Below are positions 33,649-42,836 of a DNA stretch of 64,000 nucleotides, one piece after another. Below the pieces are notes generated by a model, which saw nothing but the letters and a program-made list of their open reading frames with translations, was not told the origin of the DNA and did not search any database. Source of the stretch: a virus; IMG/VR virus record IMGVR_UViG_3300028596_000009, positions 32,001 to 96,000 of that record; one strand, 5' to 3'. Numbering within the stretch: position 1 is the stretch's first letter; every line of letters starts with the position of its first letter. The position numbers were made by a program, and so were the translations under genes.

Positions 33649-33727
33649 CTGGGTGACCGTGGTGTCCGCAACGCACACCGATCGTATTTCGGAGGAGCGG
33701 GCCGACCCCGCCGGTTACCCTGCACAA

Positions 33728-33817
33728 GGACAGAGCTTGCGTCGTTGGCCAGACGCGGGGTGTCGTACGCACCTTGCCCCGACGGGGGCTCCGGAGGTTC
33801 GAATCCTTCTCTGTCCA
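33728..33817 (+). tRNA. Atypical tRNA-Tyr(GTA)-like, class II
   Basis: GGACAGA/TCTGTCC acceptor, enlarged D stem, loop TCGTACG (C33), variable arm GCCCC-GACG-GGGGC. Confidence 0.6.
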
Positions 33818-33888
33818 CGCGGGCCCCATATGGGGCGACAGGGCCAAGTGGGCCCCTGCTCGTTCGAACCGAGGAGAAAGCCCACCCA

Positions 33889-33961
33889 GGATCTGTAGCT
33901 CAGGAGTGAGAGCGCTCGCCTGAAAAGCGAGAGGTCGATGGTGCGACTCCATCCGGATCTA
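33889..33961 (+). tRNA. tRNA-Phe(GAA)
   Basis: Loop CTGAAAA, T loop TGCGACT. Confidence 0.85.
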
Positions 33962-34107
33962 CGCTAGGGACCCACCAGACTGGATATGGGATGGGCGCCG
34001 GTGAAGGCATCGGACATATGGGCGCAGGCCCCACCCGATGAGATAGCCCGGCTCCATGTGGGTGCGCGGCTCTGTCGACGGACAGGGACGTAGGAGAGTT
34101 CAGTCAC

Positions 34108-34182
34108 GCCTTCGTAGCTCAGCCTGGTCAGAGCACTCGCCTGTCGAGCGAAAGGTCGCCGGTTCGAATCCGGTCGAGGGCG
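34108..34182 (+). tRNA. tRNA-Asp(GTC)
   Basis: Loop CTGTCGA, G73. Confidence 0.88.
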
Positions 34183-34250
34183 CGCCCCATAGGATCCTCC
34201 TGTGACACCTGGCGGTGACGGCCCCGGTGTGTGCCCGGTAAGCACACGAG

Positions 34251-34321
34251 GTCCCTGTAGCTCAGTTGGTACGAGCACCCTCAACGGTGGGAGGTCGCCG
34301 GTTCGACCCCGGCCAGGGACA
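34251..34321 (+). tRNA. tRNA with truncated anticodon loop (identity undetermined)
   Basis: Perfect acceptor/D/T arms; anticodon arm CCCTC-AACG-GTGGG. Confidence 0.65.
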
Positions 34322-34394
34322 CGATGAAGGTGAGGGGTACCGTCACGTGGGAGAGAGACCCGTAGGCTGGTCCTTCTGGAAGAAACCCCCTCAG

Positions 34395-34467
34395 GCTCCT
34401 GTAGCTCAGTGGATAGAGCATCCGCCTTCTAAGCGGAGGGTCGCTGGTTCGAGCCCAGCCGGGGGCA
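34395..34467 (+). tRNA. tRNA-Arg(TCT)
   Basis: Loop CTTCTAA, canonical arms. Confidence 0.92.
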
Positions 34468-34597
34468 CCGAGTCAGTCGGCATCGCGGTAACGCCGCAGG
34501 GAATCAGGACAAGTGGTGATTGGTCCTGCATGGTGGCCTACATTCTCTGCGGGACTGGCTCTCCATGGGCCTTCTGGGTCATGAAAACGTACTGCAC

Positions 34598-34670
34598 GGT
34601 CTTGTAGCTCAGCGGATAGAGCGGTCGTCTCCTAAACGACAGGTCACTGGTTCGAATCCAGTCAGGATCA
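34598..34670 (+). tRNA. tRNA-Arg(CCT)
   Basis: Loop CTCCTAA, canonical arms. Confidence 0.92.
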
Positions 34671-34752
34671 CGGGTCTTCGGCGGTTTGTTGGCACAGCAC
34701 CGAGGACTAGGGCGGGGGCGTCGGCATAGGGCGTTCAAATCCCCGCCCGCAC

Positions 34753-34827
34753 TGGGGTGTGGCTCAGATGGACAGAGCGCCGATTACAACTCGGAGACCG
34801 CAGGTTCGAAGCCTGCCACCCCAACCA
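34753..34827 (+). tRNA. Atypical tRNA: Pro-like body, 4-bp anticodon stem, apparent ACA anticodon, CCA end
   Basis: TGGGGTG/CACCCCA acceptor; CCGA-TTACAAC-TCGG. Confidence 0.65.
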
Positions 34828-34883
34828 GGGCCCCCGGCGACTGGACCCCCCGGGGGCCCTTTCCCATGGAAAGGGGAGAGGGC

Positions 34884-35366
34884 ATGGCCAAGTTCGTCCG
34901 CATCGAGGCGGAGCTGTTCACCGGGATCGCCTACTGGGCCCGGATCGAGTACTACGAGGCCGGTCCGGGACATGTCCACGTGATCGACGACTACCGGGAT
35001 TACGCGGAGTACATCGCGCCGGGCGCCGAGACCTCCCTTCAGGGAGTGTTCATGCGCGAGTCCGGCGAGTGGGGTGAGATCTGGATGCCGTGCCCCGACA
35101 ACGTCGAGTTCGTCGCCAAGGGCGCCATGCTGGCCTCGCTGCGCAGCCACGCGGAGGGATGGGACGCGTACCTCCAGCCCACCCTGAGCTTCTTTTTCGA
35201 CAACACCGGCAGCGTGTTTCCGCTGGCCATGGAGGACATCTCGTCGGCTCTGTCGCACAAGATTCCCATCGGCTCGTACGTTACCTTCGAGGCGGCGAAG
35301 GATGCCGTCGGTGTCCACGCCAGGCCGTACGACGGGGAGAAGCGGCGCGTTCCGTACATCTGGTAA
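34884..35366 (+). CDS. Hypothetical protein
   Basis: RBS GGAAAGGGGAG, open frame. Confidence 0.65.
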   Translation: MAKFVRIEAELFTGIAYWARIEYYEAGPGHVHVIDDYRDYAEYIAPGAETSLQGVFMRESGEWGEIWMPCPDNVEFVAKGAMLASLRSHAEGWDAYLQPTLSFFFDNTGSVFPLAMEDISSALSHKIPIGSYVTFEAAKDAVGVHARPYDGEKRRVPYIW

Positions 35367-35372
35367 ACCGGC

Positions 35373-35401
35373 TTGCGGTGAACGACCGCCAAGGGTAATG
35401 T
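35373..35401 (+). promoter_or_regulatory. Sigma70-type promoter for the Y-RNA/Ro locus
   Basis: TTGCGG-N17-TAATGT. Confidence 0.6.
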
Positions 35402-35410
35402 CTTCCTTGC

Positions 35411-35481
35411 ACACCGGCACGATCGACAGCGGCTACTTCAATCGGTGAACTCACGCCGCAGTCTACTTTTTGGTCGGGTGT
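35411..35481 (+). ncRNA. Y RNA-like unit 1
   Basis: CGGCACG...CGGCTACTTC...GCCGC...CTTTTTGGTCG with closing stem. Confidence 0.65.
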
Positions 35482-35588
35482 CACGGGCCTCCTGATGGGG
35501 AGGCGGCACGAAGGTAACGGCTACTTCACTGGTAATGAAACGACGCCGTCACCGTCTTTTTGGTCGTCACCTCTTCAGGAGGCCCGTG
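35482..35588 (+). ncRNA. Y RNA-like unit 2 with anticodon-like loop CTGGTAA
   Basis: 14-bp perfect closing stem 35482-35495/35575-35588; same core motifs as unit 1. Confidence 0.7.
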
Positions 35589-35751
35589 CTGCTGAGATGG
35601 ATGCTCGGCACGCAGGCATGCGGTTACTTCCACTGTTAATGGGGTGGTTGCGGGTTCGAATCCCGCCGGGCCCTTCGGGACCTGTAGCTCAACGGCAGAG
35701 CACCTTGTTACCGCCGCCGACTTTTTGGCCGAGCATCCTTCTGAGCAGCAC
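35586..35751 (+). ncRNA. YrlA-like Y RNA containing a circularly permuted tRNA domain
   Basis: 11-bp stem 35599-35609/35728-35738 enclosing anticodon arm (CTGTTAA), T arm, TTCG-closed acceptor stem and D arm; adjacent to the Ro60 gene. Confidence 0.85.
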
Positions 35752-35756
35752 AGACA

Positions 35757-35790
35757 CCCCAGTCCGATTCCGGGCTGGGGTTTTCCTTTT
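35757..35790 (+). terminator. Intrinsic terminator between the Y RNAs and Ro60
   Basis: CCCCAGTCCG-ATTC-CGGGCTGGGG-TTTTCCTTTT. Confidence 0.7.
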
Positions 35791-35806
35791 GGAGAGGGGA
35801 AAGAAC

Positions 35807-37405
35807 ATGGCTCGCATGAACAACAAGCTGACGGCCGCGTCGCTGGTCTCCAGCGTCACCTCGGTCGCTCCGGCGGTCACCGCGCAGGGCGGGAAGGGGT
35901 ACACCAGGGACGCCAAGTCCGAGCTGTACCTCCTGGCCATCGCGAACTTCTACAACCAGGACACCTTCTACGAGACCGGCGACAAGCGCGACACCCGGTT
36001 CGCGGAGCTGGTCAAGAAGGTCGCGGTCGAGGATCTCGACTGGATCTCCAGCATGGCCGGGTGGCTGCGCTCGGGCGCCAACATGCGCACCGCGTCCCTG
36101 GTCATGGGTGTTGAGGCCGTCAAGGCCCGGCTGGACGCCCGGCTGTTCGAGGGCAACGCGAAGCTGCTGAACAGCGTCATGCAGCGCGCCGACGAGCCGG
36201 GCGAGGTCATCGCCTACTGGCGCTCGAAGTACGGCCGCACGCTGCCGGAGCCGGTCCTGAAGGCCCTGAAGTGGTCGGTGTCGCGGCTGTTCAACGAGCG
36301 GTCGTACCTCAAGTGGGACTCCTCCGCCCGGGGCATGTCCTTCGCGGACATCCTGCGGATCGTGCACCCGGACCCGGTGGCGGTGTGGCAGGACAAGCTG
36401 TTCAAGGCGATCCTCGACCGGTCCTTCGGTAACGAGGCCGACCTGGAGGGCCTCGACGTCCTGAAGCAGAACAGGCTCTGGCGTGAGCTGGTGGCCAGTG
36501 ATCCGACCTGCAAGCTTCTGCTCGACCCGGGCTTCATCAAGAGCGCGGGGCTCACGTGGGAGGACGTCCTGTCGGCGCTCGGCTCGAAGGTCAACAAGAA
36601 GCTCCTGTGGGAGGCGATCATCCCGTCGATGGGCTATATGGCCCTGCTGCGGAACCTCAGGAACTTCGACCAGGCCGGGGTGAGTGACGAGGTGGCCTCC
36701 GAGGTCATCGCCAAGCTGACCGACCCGGACGAAGTGGAGCGCTCCCGGCAGATGCCGATGCGGTTCTACTCGGCGTACAAGGCGGCGCCGTCGCTGCGCT
36801 GGGGCTACGCCCTGGAGAAGGCGCTGGAGATGACGCTGAAGAACATCCCGAAGCTGAAGGGCCGCACCCTCATCCTCGTGGACTCCTCGGGGTCCATGTC
36901 CGAGTCCTTCTCGAAGGACGGCTCGGTGCACCGGTGGGACGCGGCGGTGCTCTTCGGCGTCGCCCTGGCCCGCGAGTGTGCCGACGTGGACGTGGTCTCG
37001 TTCTCCTCGGGCTACTGGGGCGGACGCAGGCTCACCATGAACTTCCCGCTGGTGAAGGGGGAGTCGCTGCTGTCGGCGCTGAAGCGGTGGGAGAAGGACG
37101 GCTACTTCATCGGCGGCGGCACGGACACGGTGATGGCGCTCCAGGCCAGCTACCGGGACCACGACCGGGTGGTTATCCTGACCGACGAGCAGGCCGGGCA
37201 CGACGGCATCGAGGTCAGCAACGCCATCCCGGCGAAGGTGCCGCTGTACACGTGGAACCTGGCGGGCTACAAGGTCGGCCACGCGCCGTCGGGTTCGGGC
37301 AACCGGCACGTCTTCGGCGGCCTGACGGACAGTGCGTTCACCCAGATCGCCCTGCTGGAGAACCGGCGTGCCGGTTCCTGGCCGTGGCAGGTGGTGGGAG
37401 ACTAG
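35807..37405 (+). CDS. Ro60/Rsr TROVE-domain RNA-binding protein with C-terminal vWA
   Basis: DAKSELYLLA, FYE, QRADEPGE, MGYMALLRNLRNFD, LVDSSGSM, LTDEQ. Confidence 0.92.
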   Translation: MARMNNKLTAASLVSSVTSVAPAVTAQGGKGYTRDAKSELYLLAIANFYNQDTFYETGDKRDTRFAELVKKVAVEDLDWISSMAGWLRSGANMRTASLVMGVEAVKARLDARLFEGNAKLLNSVMQRADEPGEVIAYWRSKYGRTLPEPVLKALKWSVSRLFNERSYLKWDSSARGMSFADILRIVHPDPVAVWQDKLFKAILDRSFGNEADLEGLDVLKQNRLWRELVASDPTCKLLLDPGFIKSAGLTWEDVLSALGSKVNKKLLWEAIIPSMGYMALLRNLRNFDQAGVSDEVASEVIAKLTDPDEVERSRQMPMRFYSAYKAAPSLRWGYALEKALEMTLKNIPKLKGRTLILVDSSGSMSESFSKDGSVHRWDAAVLFGVALARECADVDVVSFSSGYWGGRRLTMNFPLVKGESLLSALKRWEKDGYFIGGGTDTVMALQASYRDHDRVVILTDEQAGHDGIEVSNAIPAKVPLYTWNLAGYKVGHAPSGSGNRHVFGGLTDSAFTQIALLENRRAGSWPWQVVGD

Positions 37406-37754
37406 TACCACCCGTCATCTCTCTGGCGGTGTCGAACCCCCTTGGTCGCTGGCCAGGGGGGTTCTTCATGTTCCACTGCTCCTGTGACTTGACGATGACC
37501 AGGCTCTTGTTAGATGATGGCCATGTGGAAATGACCCACGTGGAAAGGAGTGAAAGTGCCGTTTCTTCTCGGCGCTGGAGCGGGTCTCCTCGGAGGCATA
37601 GGGACGTATCTGGAGTGGCTGAGCGGCTGGGGAATCCCTGGTCACCACCTTCCTGCGGCCCTCGCCGTCGGCGGAGTCCTGTTCCTCATCGGTATCATCT
37701 TCGGGGTGGGAATCTTCATCCTCGGAGACCAGTAGAAAGAGGTAGAACGTGCCC

Positions 37755-38108
37755 ATGGAATTCGTCAGTGCGACCGCCGTGGCGGCGTACCTGGGCGTCA
37801 CAGCCGGATCCGTGCACAACTGGTGCACGAACCCTCCGGAAGGGTTCATCGAGCCCGACGCCGTCACCAGAGGGATCGACGGCAAGGTGGTCGCCCGCTC
37901 CTGGTTCCCCGAGAAGCTCCCGCAGATGCGCGAGTGGATGGAGAACCGGCTCAAGCTGGAGACCGAGATCGACAAGGCCAACCACTGGTCCCTGGTCAAC
38001 GAGGGCCTGAAGTCCAAGCGGGAGACCAAGCGCCGCAAGAAGCTCGGCATCTCCGATGGCCAGACGGCCATAGGAGTGGAGAAGTTCACCGGTGACGGTG
38101 GGCAGTGA
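37755..38108 (+). CDS. HTH (excisionase/MerR-like) DNA-binding protein
   Basis: SATAVAAYLGVTAGSVHNW. Confidence 0.65.
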   Translation: MEFVSATAVAAYLGVTAGSVHNWCTNPPEGFIEPDAVTRGIDGKVVARSWFPEKLPQMREWMENRLKLETEIDKANHWSLVNEGLKSKRETKRRKKLGISDGQTAIGVEKFTGDGGQ

Positions 38109-39733
38109 AGATACCTCGGCCTTACCAGTACGACATGATCCGCAGGCTGAAGAAGGACAACTCCGTCCTGATCGGCGCCGACATGGGAACAGGCAAGACC
38201 CTTGTCGCCGTGGAGATGATCCGGCATCTTCCGCCCGCACCGCGCGTTCTGTACATAGCGCCGAACAACACGCACAACCAGGTGATCGAAACGGTCGCCG
38301 AGCAGTTCCCTTCGCTCGAAGGATCCCCGTACCTGCGCAAGGTCGGCACACCGAGAGCGGACCCCGAGAGCTGGCAGCAGATCCTGGCGAAGAAGCCCGG
38401 CGTCTACGTCATCGGGTGGGAAGCGATGCACGGCGTCGTGCCGAGGGACATCCGCCTGAAGCACACGGCGAAGGGCAAGAAGGATCCCGACGTCACGGTC
38501 AAGGCGATCACCGAATGCATGAAGACCGGTCTCGTTCCCCCGTGGAACAAGGCAGGTACCTGGGACATGGTGGTGCTCGACGAGTCCCACCGGGTCCAGA
38601 ACCCGCACTCGCTCAACAAGAAGATCGTCAAGCAGATCAAGTCGATCTATAGGGTCGCGATGTCGGGCACACCGTCCGGCAACAAGCCCGAGGGTCTGTG
38701 GTCGACGCTCAACTGGCTCTGGCCGGACGAGTACCCGTCCTTCACCCGCTGGAAGGACTTCTACATGGAGTTCGAGGAGCGGGTCATCGGGCGGGGCATG
38801 ACGGTCCGCACCATCGTCGGGGAGGCGGCTCCCGGAGCCACCTGGCTGGACATACCCAACGCGATACGGGTCCGGCTGGAGGACATCGGCGTCCACCTTC
38901 CCGACGTGATCGAGCGCAGGGTCTATGTGCCGATGACCACGGAACAGCGCAAGGTGTACGACGACTTCGAGAAGCAGGCTATGGCCTGGATCGACGAGCA
39001 GCCGTACGCAGCACCGCTGCCGATCGAGAAGAGGATCCGCCTGAGGCAGGCTTCACTCGGCCCGCTGAAGGTGATCAAGAAGACCAAGCGCAAGGAACTC
39101 TGGATCGATCAGGGTGACGTGCACAAGGACTTGGTCACGGTCCTCGACGACGAAGGCAAGGAGTACACCGGCCGCGCCGTGAAGGTGCTCGATGCCCTGG
39201 GCTACTCATCGCTGGTGCTCTTCGAGTACGAGGAGGACCAGTTCGAGTTCCAGGAGAAAGCCGAGCACCACAAGGTCCAGGCCATCAGGGAGATCATCGC
39301 AGACCTTCCCCCGGGTGCTCCGGTCCTGGTTTTCACACACTCTGCCCGCTGGGCGCACCTGGCCCATGGCCTTCTGTCGAAGGCGAAGCTGGGTGAAGTG
39401 CGGGCCTGGACCGGTGAACTGAACCAGTCTCAGCGTGACGAGCTGAAGCTGGCGTTCGGTAAGTCGGTGAGGATCCTGATCGCGGTCATTCCGGCCGTGG
39501 CCGAGGGAATCGACGGCTGGCAGAACGTGTGCCGTTATGAAATCTGGGCCTCGAAGGCGGAGAACGCCCTGTTGAACGAGCAGGCCAAGGCGCGTCTTCA
39601 CCGTCCCGGACAGAAGTCCCCTGTGCAGCGATGGCTCATCCACTCGGAGAATTCCATCGACGACGGGGTGGAAGAGCGCCTGAACATACGTGGCCGTCGA
39701 CTGATGACCATGTACCGGGACGACCTGAAGTAA
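38105..39733 (+). CDS. SNF2-family (SF2) helicase
   Basis: GADMGTGKT, LDESHR, MSGTP, EGIDG, QAKARLHRPGQ. Confidence 0.92.
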   Translation: MKIPRPYQYDMIRRLKKDNSVLIGADMGTGKTLVAVEMIRHLPPAPRVLYIAPNNTHNQVIETVAEQFPSLEGSPYLRKVGTPRADPESWQQILAKKPGVYVIGWEAMHGVVPRDIRLKHTAKGKKDPDVTVKAITECMKTGLVPPWNKAGTWDMVVLDESHRVQNPHSLNKKIVKQIKSIYRVAMSGTPSGNKPEGLWSTLNWLWPDEYPSFTRWKDFYMEFEERVIGRGMTVRTIVGEAAPGATWLDIPNAIRVRLEDIGVHLPDVIERRVYVPMTTEQRKVYDDFEKQAMAWIDEQPYAAPLPIEKRIRLRQASLGPLKVIKKTKRKELWIDQGDVHKDLVTVLDDEGKEYTGRAVKVLDALGYSSLVLFEYEEDQFEFQEKAEHHKVQAIREIIADLPPGAPVLVFTHSARWAHLAHGLLSKAKLGEVRAWTGELNQSQRDELKLAFGKSVRILIAVIPAVAEGIDGWQNVCRYEIWASKAENALLNEQAKARLHRPGQKSPVQRWLIHSENSIDDGVEERLNIRGRRLMTMYRDDLK

Positions 39734-41562
39734 CCCTCAGAAAGGGGAAAGACGAGGGATGAACGAAGTACCGATCGAGAACTTCCCGCCTGCCGTGTGG
39801 GGGATGTACAGCAGCCTCGTCGATGAGACCGGAGTAGAGCCGCTCGTCCACCGCAACGGATTCGGACGGATTGTGGTCAGTCACGGGAACGACCGGGTGC
39901 GTGCGATCGTCACGTACAAGCTCGTCGGGGGCAAGTGGAGTTGGCACAGCTCCACCCTCACGATCGACGGCAGGAAGGTCCCGATTGCGCAGGGAGGGCC
40001 GTCGCAGTACGCGGAGATCCTCAAGGATCCTGACTACGGGCGTCACCGGTGGACTCCGAAGAAGGCCAAGAAGGCCAAGCTCCCCAACATGAGGGAGATT
40101 CCCGAGGAACAAATGGAATACATTCCCCAGGATGCGGCGGATTTCTTCAAGGGCCTGAGGGGCAAGCTGGTCGATCCGGATGCGTCGGTCACCGTGCACA
40201 TGAGCGAGAACAGCGAGTACATCGTCCGCGTGCACCACCCGAAGAAATTGTCGGTTTATTTTTTCCTGTCCGCCCACGTTGGCAGGTGGTACCTGGACCG
40301 CCAGGTGACGGTGAACTCCACCGGCTACGACGTGAGTAGCTGGCACGACAACTCCCTCGATGACCTGATCGACGAACTCCTGGGCACCATCTCCCGGGAA
40401 GCGCAGCGGAGCTACCTTCCTCAGCGCCGCGAGCACGCGCAGGCCGGAATGAGCAACTCGGTGTCGGTCCGCAAGTCCACCGTATTTCGCATCTAAGGAG
40501 AAAGACATCATGAGCAACACCGACGAGTCCCGCTGCACCTGCCGCTTCAAGGGCCGGGCGCCCGCCGTGGACCTGTACGCCGGAAGCCACTCGCCGTGGT
40601 GCGGAGCCTGGTGCACCTGCCCCGGCGGCCCCCGCAAGAACCTCGCCGAGCACAACCTCGGCTGCGGCGCGCTCGACCAGGTCGAGGAGGCGTGATGGCC
40701 GTCGCCGACGACGCGAAGTGCACCTGCGGCAACGCGGGCAACCCCACGGTCATCGACGGCTGGTACCCCTCCCACCGGCCGTCGTGCATGGCCTGGTGTG
40801 ACTGCCGACTGCCCGGGGTTCCGATCCTCGGCAACTTCCACCGGACCGACTGCGGAATCTACGAAGGGATGGAGGTGGAGTGATGTTCCACTACCACACT
40901 ACCTACACGCTGCCCCGGGACTACTCCTGGGTTCCCGTGAAGATCGTGAATGCCTCTCTCGGCGTGAAGAACGTCCGCGCTCTCAGTGACCACGGTGACT
41001 ACGTCCACATCGAGGAGAAGGAACTCGACTACTTCCACGTTGAGGCGATACACGCCGACCCCTTCTACGTCCCCCGCCCACAGCCCTACTCGCTCGACAT
41101 CCTGGCCTTTCCCGCCCGGTTCCCTTCCAGGCTGCACGCCACTTCGGGACGGAGCTTCACCAACGACTTCGGTCTGCATCTGATGCGCTCCACGGGAACG
41201 AGCAACCCGGAGAAGGTGACCGCAGACCAGCTTCCCGGCGTCGCGGAGCGGATGATCGGCGCGATCGTCATGATGCAGGTCCGGCACGTCGTGAGGGACA
41301 ACGAGGTCTACGACAGGCTGGACGGAAAGCCCCACCCCGTACCGAACCGAACCATCCAGGTGCTCACCTCCTGGGGCTGGCTCAAGGGAGAAGTGCCCTG
41401 GCGCGCGGTGAAGACCCTCATGGACGACGAAGTGAAGACCGGTTCGACGATCGAAGTCGCCCTGGGCATGGGGATGGGAACCGTCACCGCCTGCTGGATG
41501 AACGGCCGCTGGGAGCACGCCGCTGCCGACCTTCGTACCAAGAACCGGAAGTAGGAGGAAGC

Positions 41563-41946
41563 ATGATCGAGGCAGTCGCCGTCGACTTCGACGGAGTCAT
41601 CCACAACGCGGACAACGGCTGGCAGGGCGGCGTCATCTACGGCGACCCGCTCCCCGGATCCCTGGACGCCCTGCGTGAGCTGATGAAGGACCACCCGGTC
41701 TTCATCATGACGGCCCGCCCGAACCTGGTACCGGTCGCCGAGTGGCTGAAGAACTTCGGGTTCGACACCATCACCCAGGACGCGTACGACAAGGAAGCCA
41801 AGGAACGCTGGCACACCAGGGACATCCTGCTCGTCACCAACGTCAAGCTCCCGGCCATCGTCTACATCGACGACAAGGGCTACAGCTTCAAGTCGTGGAA
41901 CGAGGGCGTCGTCGACTGGGTGAACCGCATCGCGAAGAAGCCGTGA
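41563..41946 (+). CDS. HAD-superfamily phosphatase/nucleotidase
   Basis: AVDFDGVIH, MTAR, KLPAIVYIDDK. Confidence 0.85.
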   Translation: MIEAVAVDFDGVIHNADNGWQGGVIYGDPLPGSLDALRELMKDHPVFIMTARPNLVPVAEWLKNFGFDTITQDAYDKEAKERWHTRDILLVTNVKLPAIVYIDDKGYSFKSWNEGVVDWVNRIAKKP

Positions 41947-42836
41947 GCGGGGCCCTCTGTACGTGCTCCTGGAGCCCCGTCCACGGATGGGTCGTGTGCC
42001 AGGAGTGCTGCAACTCCGAAGTGGGCTGTGCCCACCTGACGGAAGATCTGGAAGAAGAGGAAGAGCCGTGAGCATCAAGGACTGGATCTACCGCGTCATC
42101 GGCAACGAGAACGACGTGACGTACGTGGTGGACGACGAGGCCGAGGAGCCGGTCGCCTACAGCTCCGGAGGCGTCTTCATCGTGAAGAGCACCGGCCAGG
42201 CCACCGCGCCGGAAGGCAGTACGGCCAACACCGGCTTCAGCGGTTCGTTACCGCGAGGACGGAAGGTCGTCGTGGAGAACACCGGCAACGCCACCGCGAC
42301 CGGCGGCGGATACGCCAACTCGGGCATCGTCTACAGCGACAAGAAGAGGAGGCAGAAGTGAGCCGCAGCGGATCGATAACCATCGCCTACGGCTTCTACC
42401 TGCGCAACTACGACGGCGAGTGGATGATCCAGGAGTCCGAGGACGACTGGGAGTACGAGTTTCCCTGGGTGCGGGGCGTTGAGGAGTGCCTGAGCGACGA
42501 CGGTGAGCTGGCCTTCTTCATCAAGTTCCTTCTCCGCCAGCTCCCTGAGCCGCCGAGTGAGAGCTTCCTCGCCGAGGGCGAGGGCGACTCGTACCACCTC
42601 AACAAGCTCCTGACCGAGCTGACCGGCCTGAGCCTGGAGGCTTTCGGCTTCGAGAACAGCAGGATCCTCCTGGCCTCCGGTCCCGTCGCCGAGCACTACA
42701 CCTGGGGCCCGGTCGACATCGACGAAGAGACCTTGAAGGTGTCCGACGCGGCCCGTGAGCGTTTGGAGTGGGTCCGGAGGGTTCTCGGGTGCACACCGGT
42801 GGACAAGCCCGGCATCAAGGTGATGGCGAGCTACGG

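Noticed and set aside
33728-33817. tRNA-Sec interpretation of the long-D-stem tRNA
   Set aside because: Acceptor stem is 7 bp and the anticodon is GTA, not TCA
33229-34738. ORF-track CDSs across the tRNA cluster
   Set aside because: They overlap tRNA genes and lack codon bias and RBS
34685-34752. Additional tRNA (GTTCAAATCC)
   Set aside because: No convincing acceptor, D or anticodon pairing
35628-35703. A conventional tRNA-Asn gene
   Set aside because: Arm order is permuted and the acceptor end is closed by a TTCG loop, so it cannot be charged as transcribed
35411-35740. Possible CRISPR mini-array from the repeated motifs
   Set aside because: Repeats are degenerate, covary as RNA helices and lie next to Ro60; no cas genes in the window
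35708-37411. Long antisense ORFs (567 aa here; also 28500..29966, 60786..62279, 23316..24707, 8396..9850)
   Set aside because: Shadow frames of high-GC3 real genes on the opposite strand; no motifs
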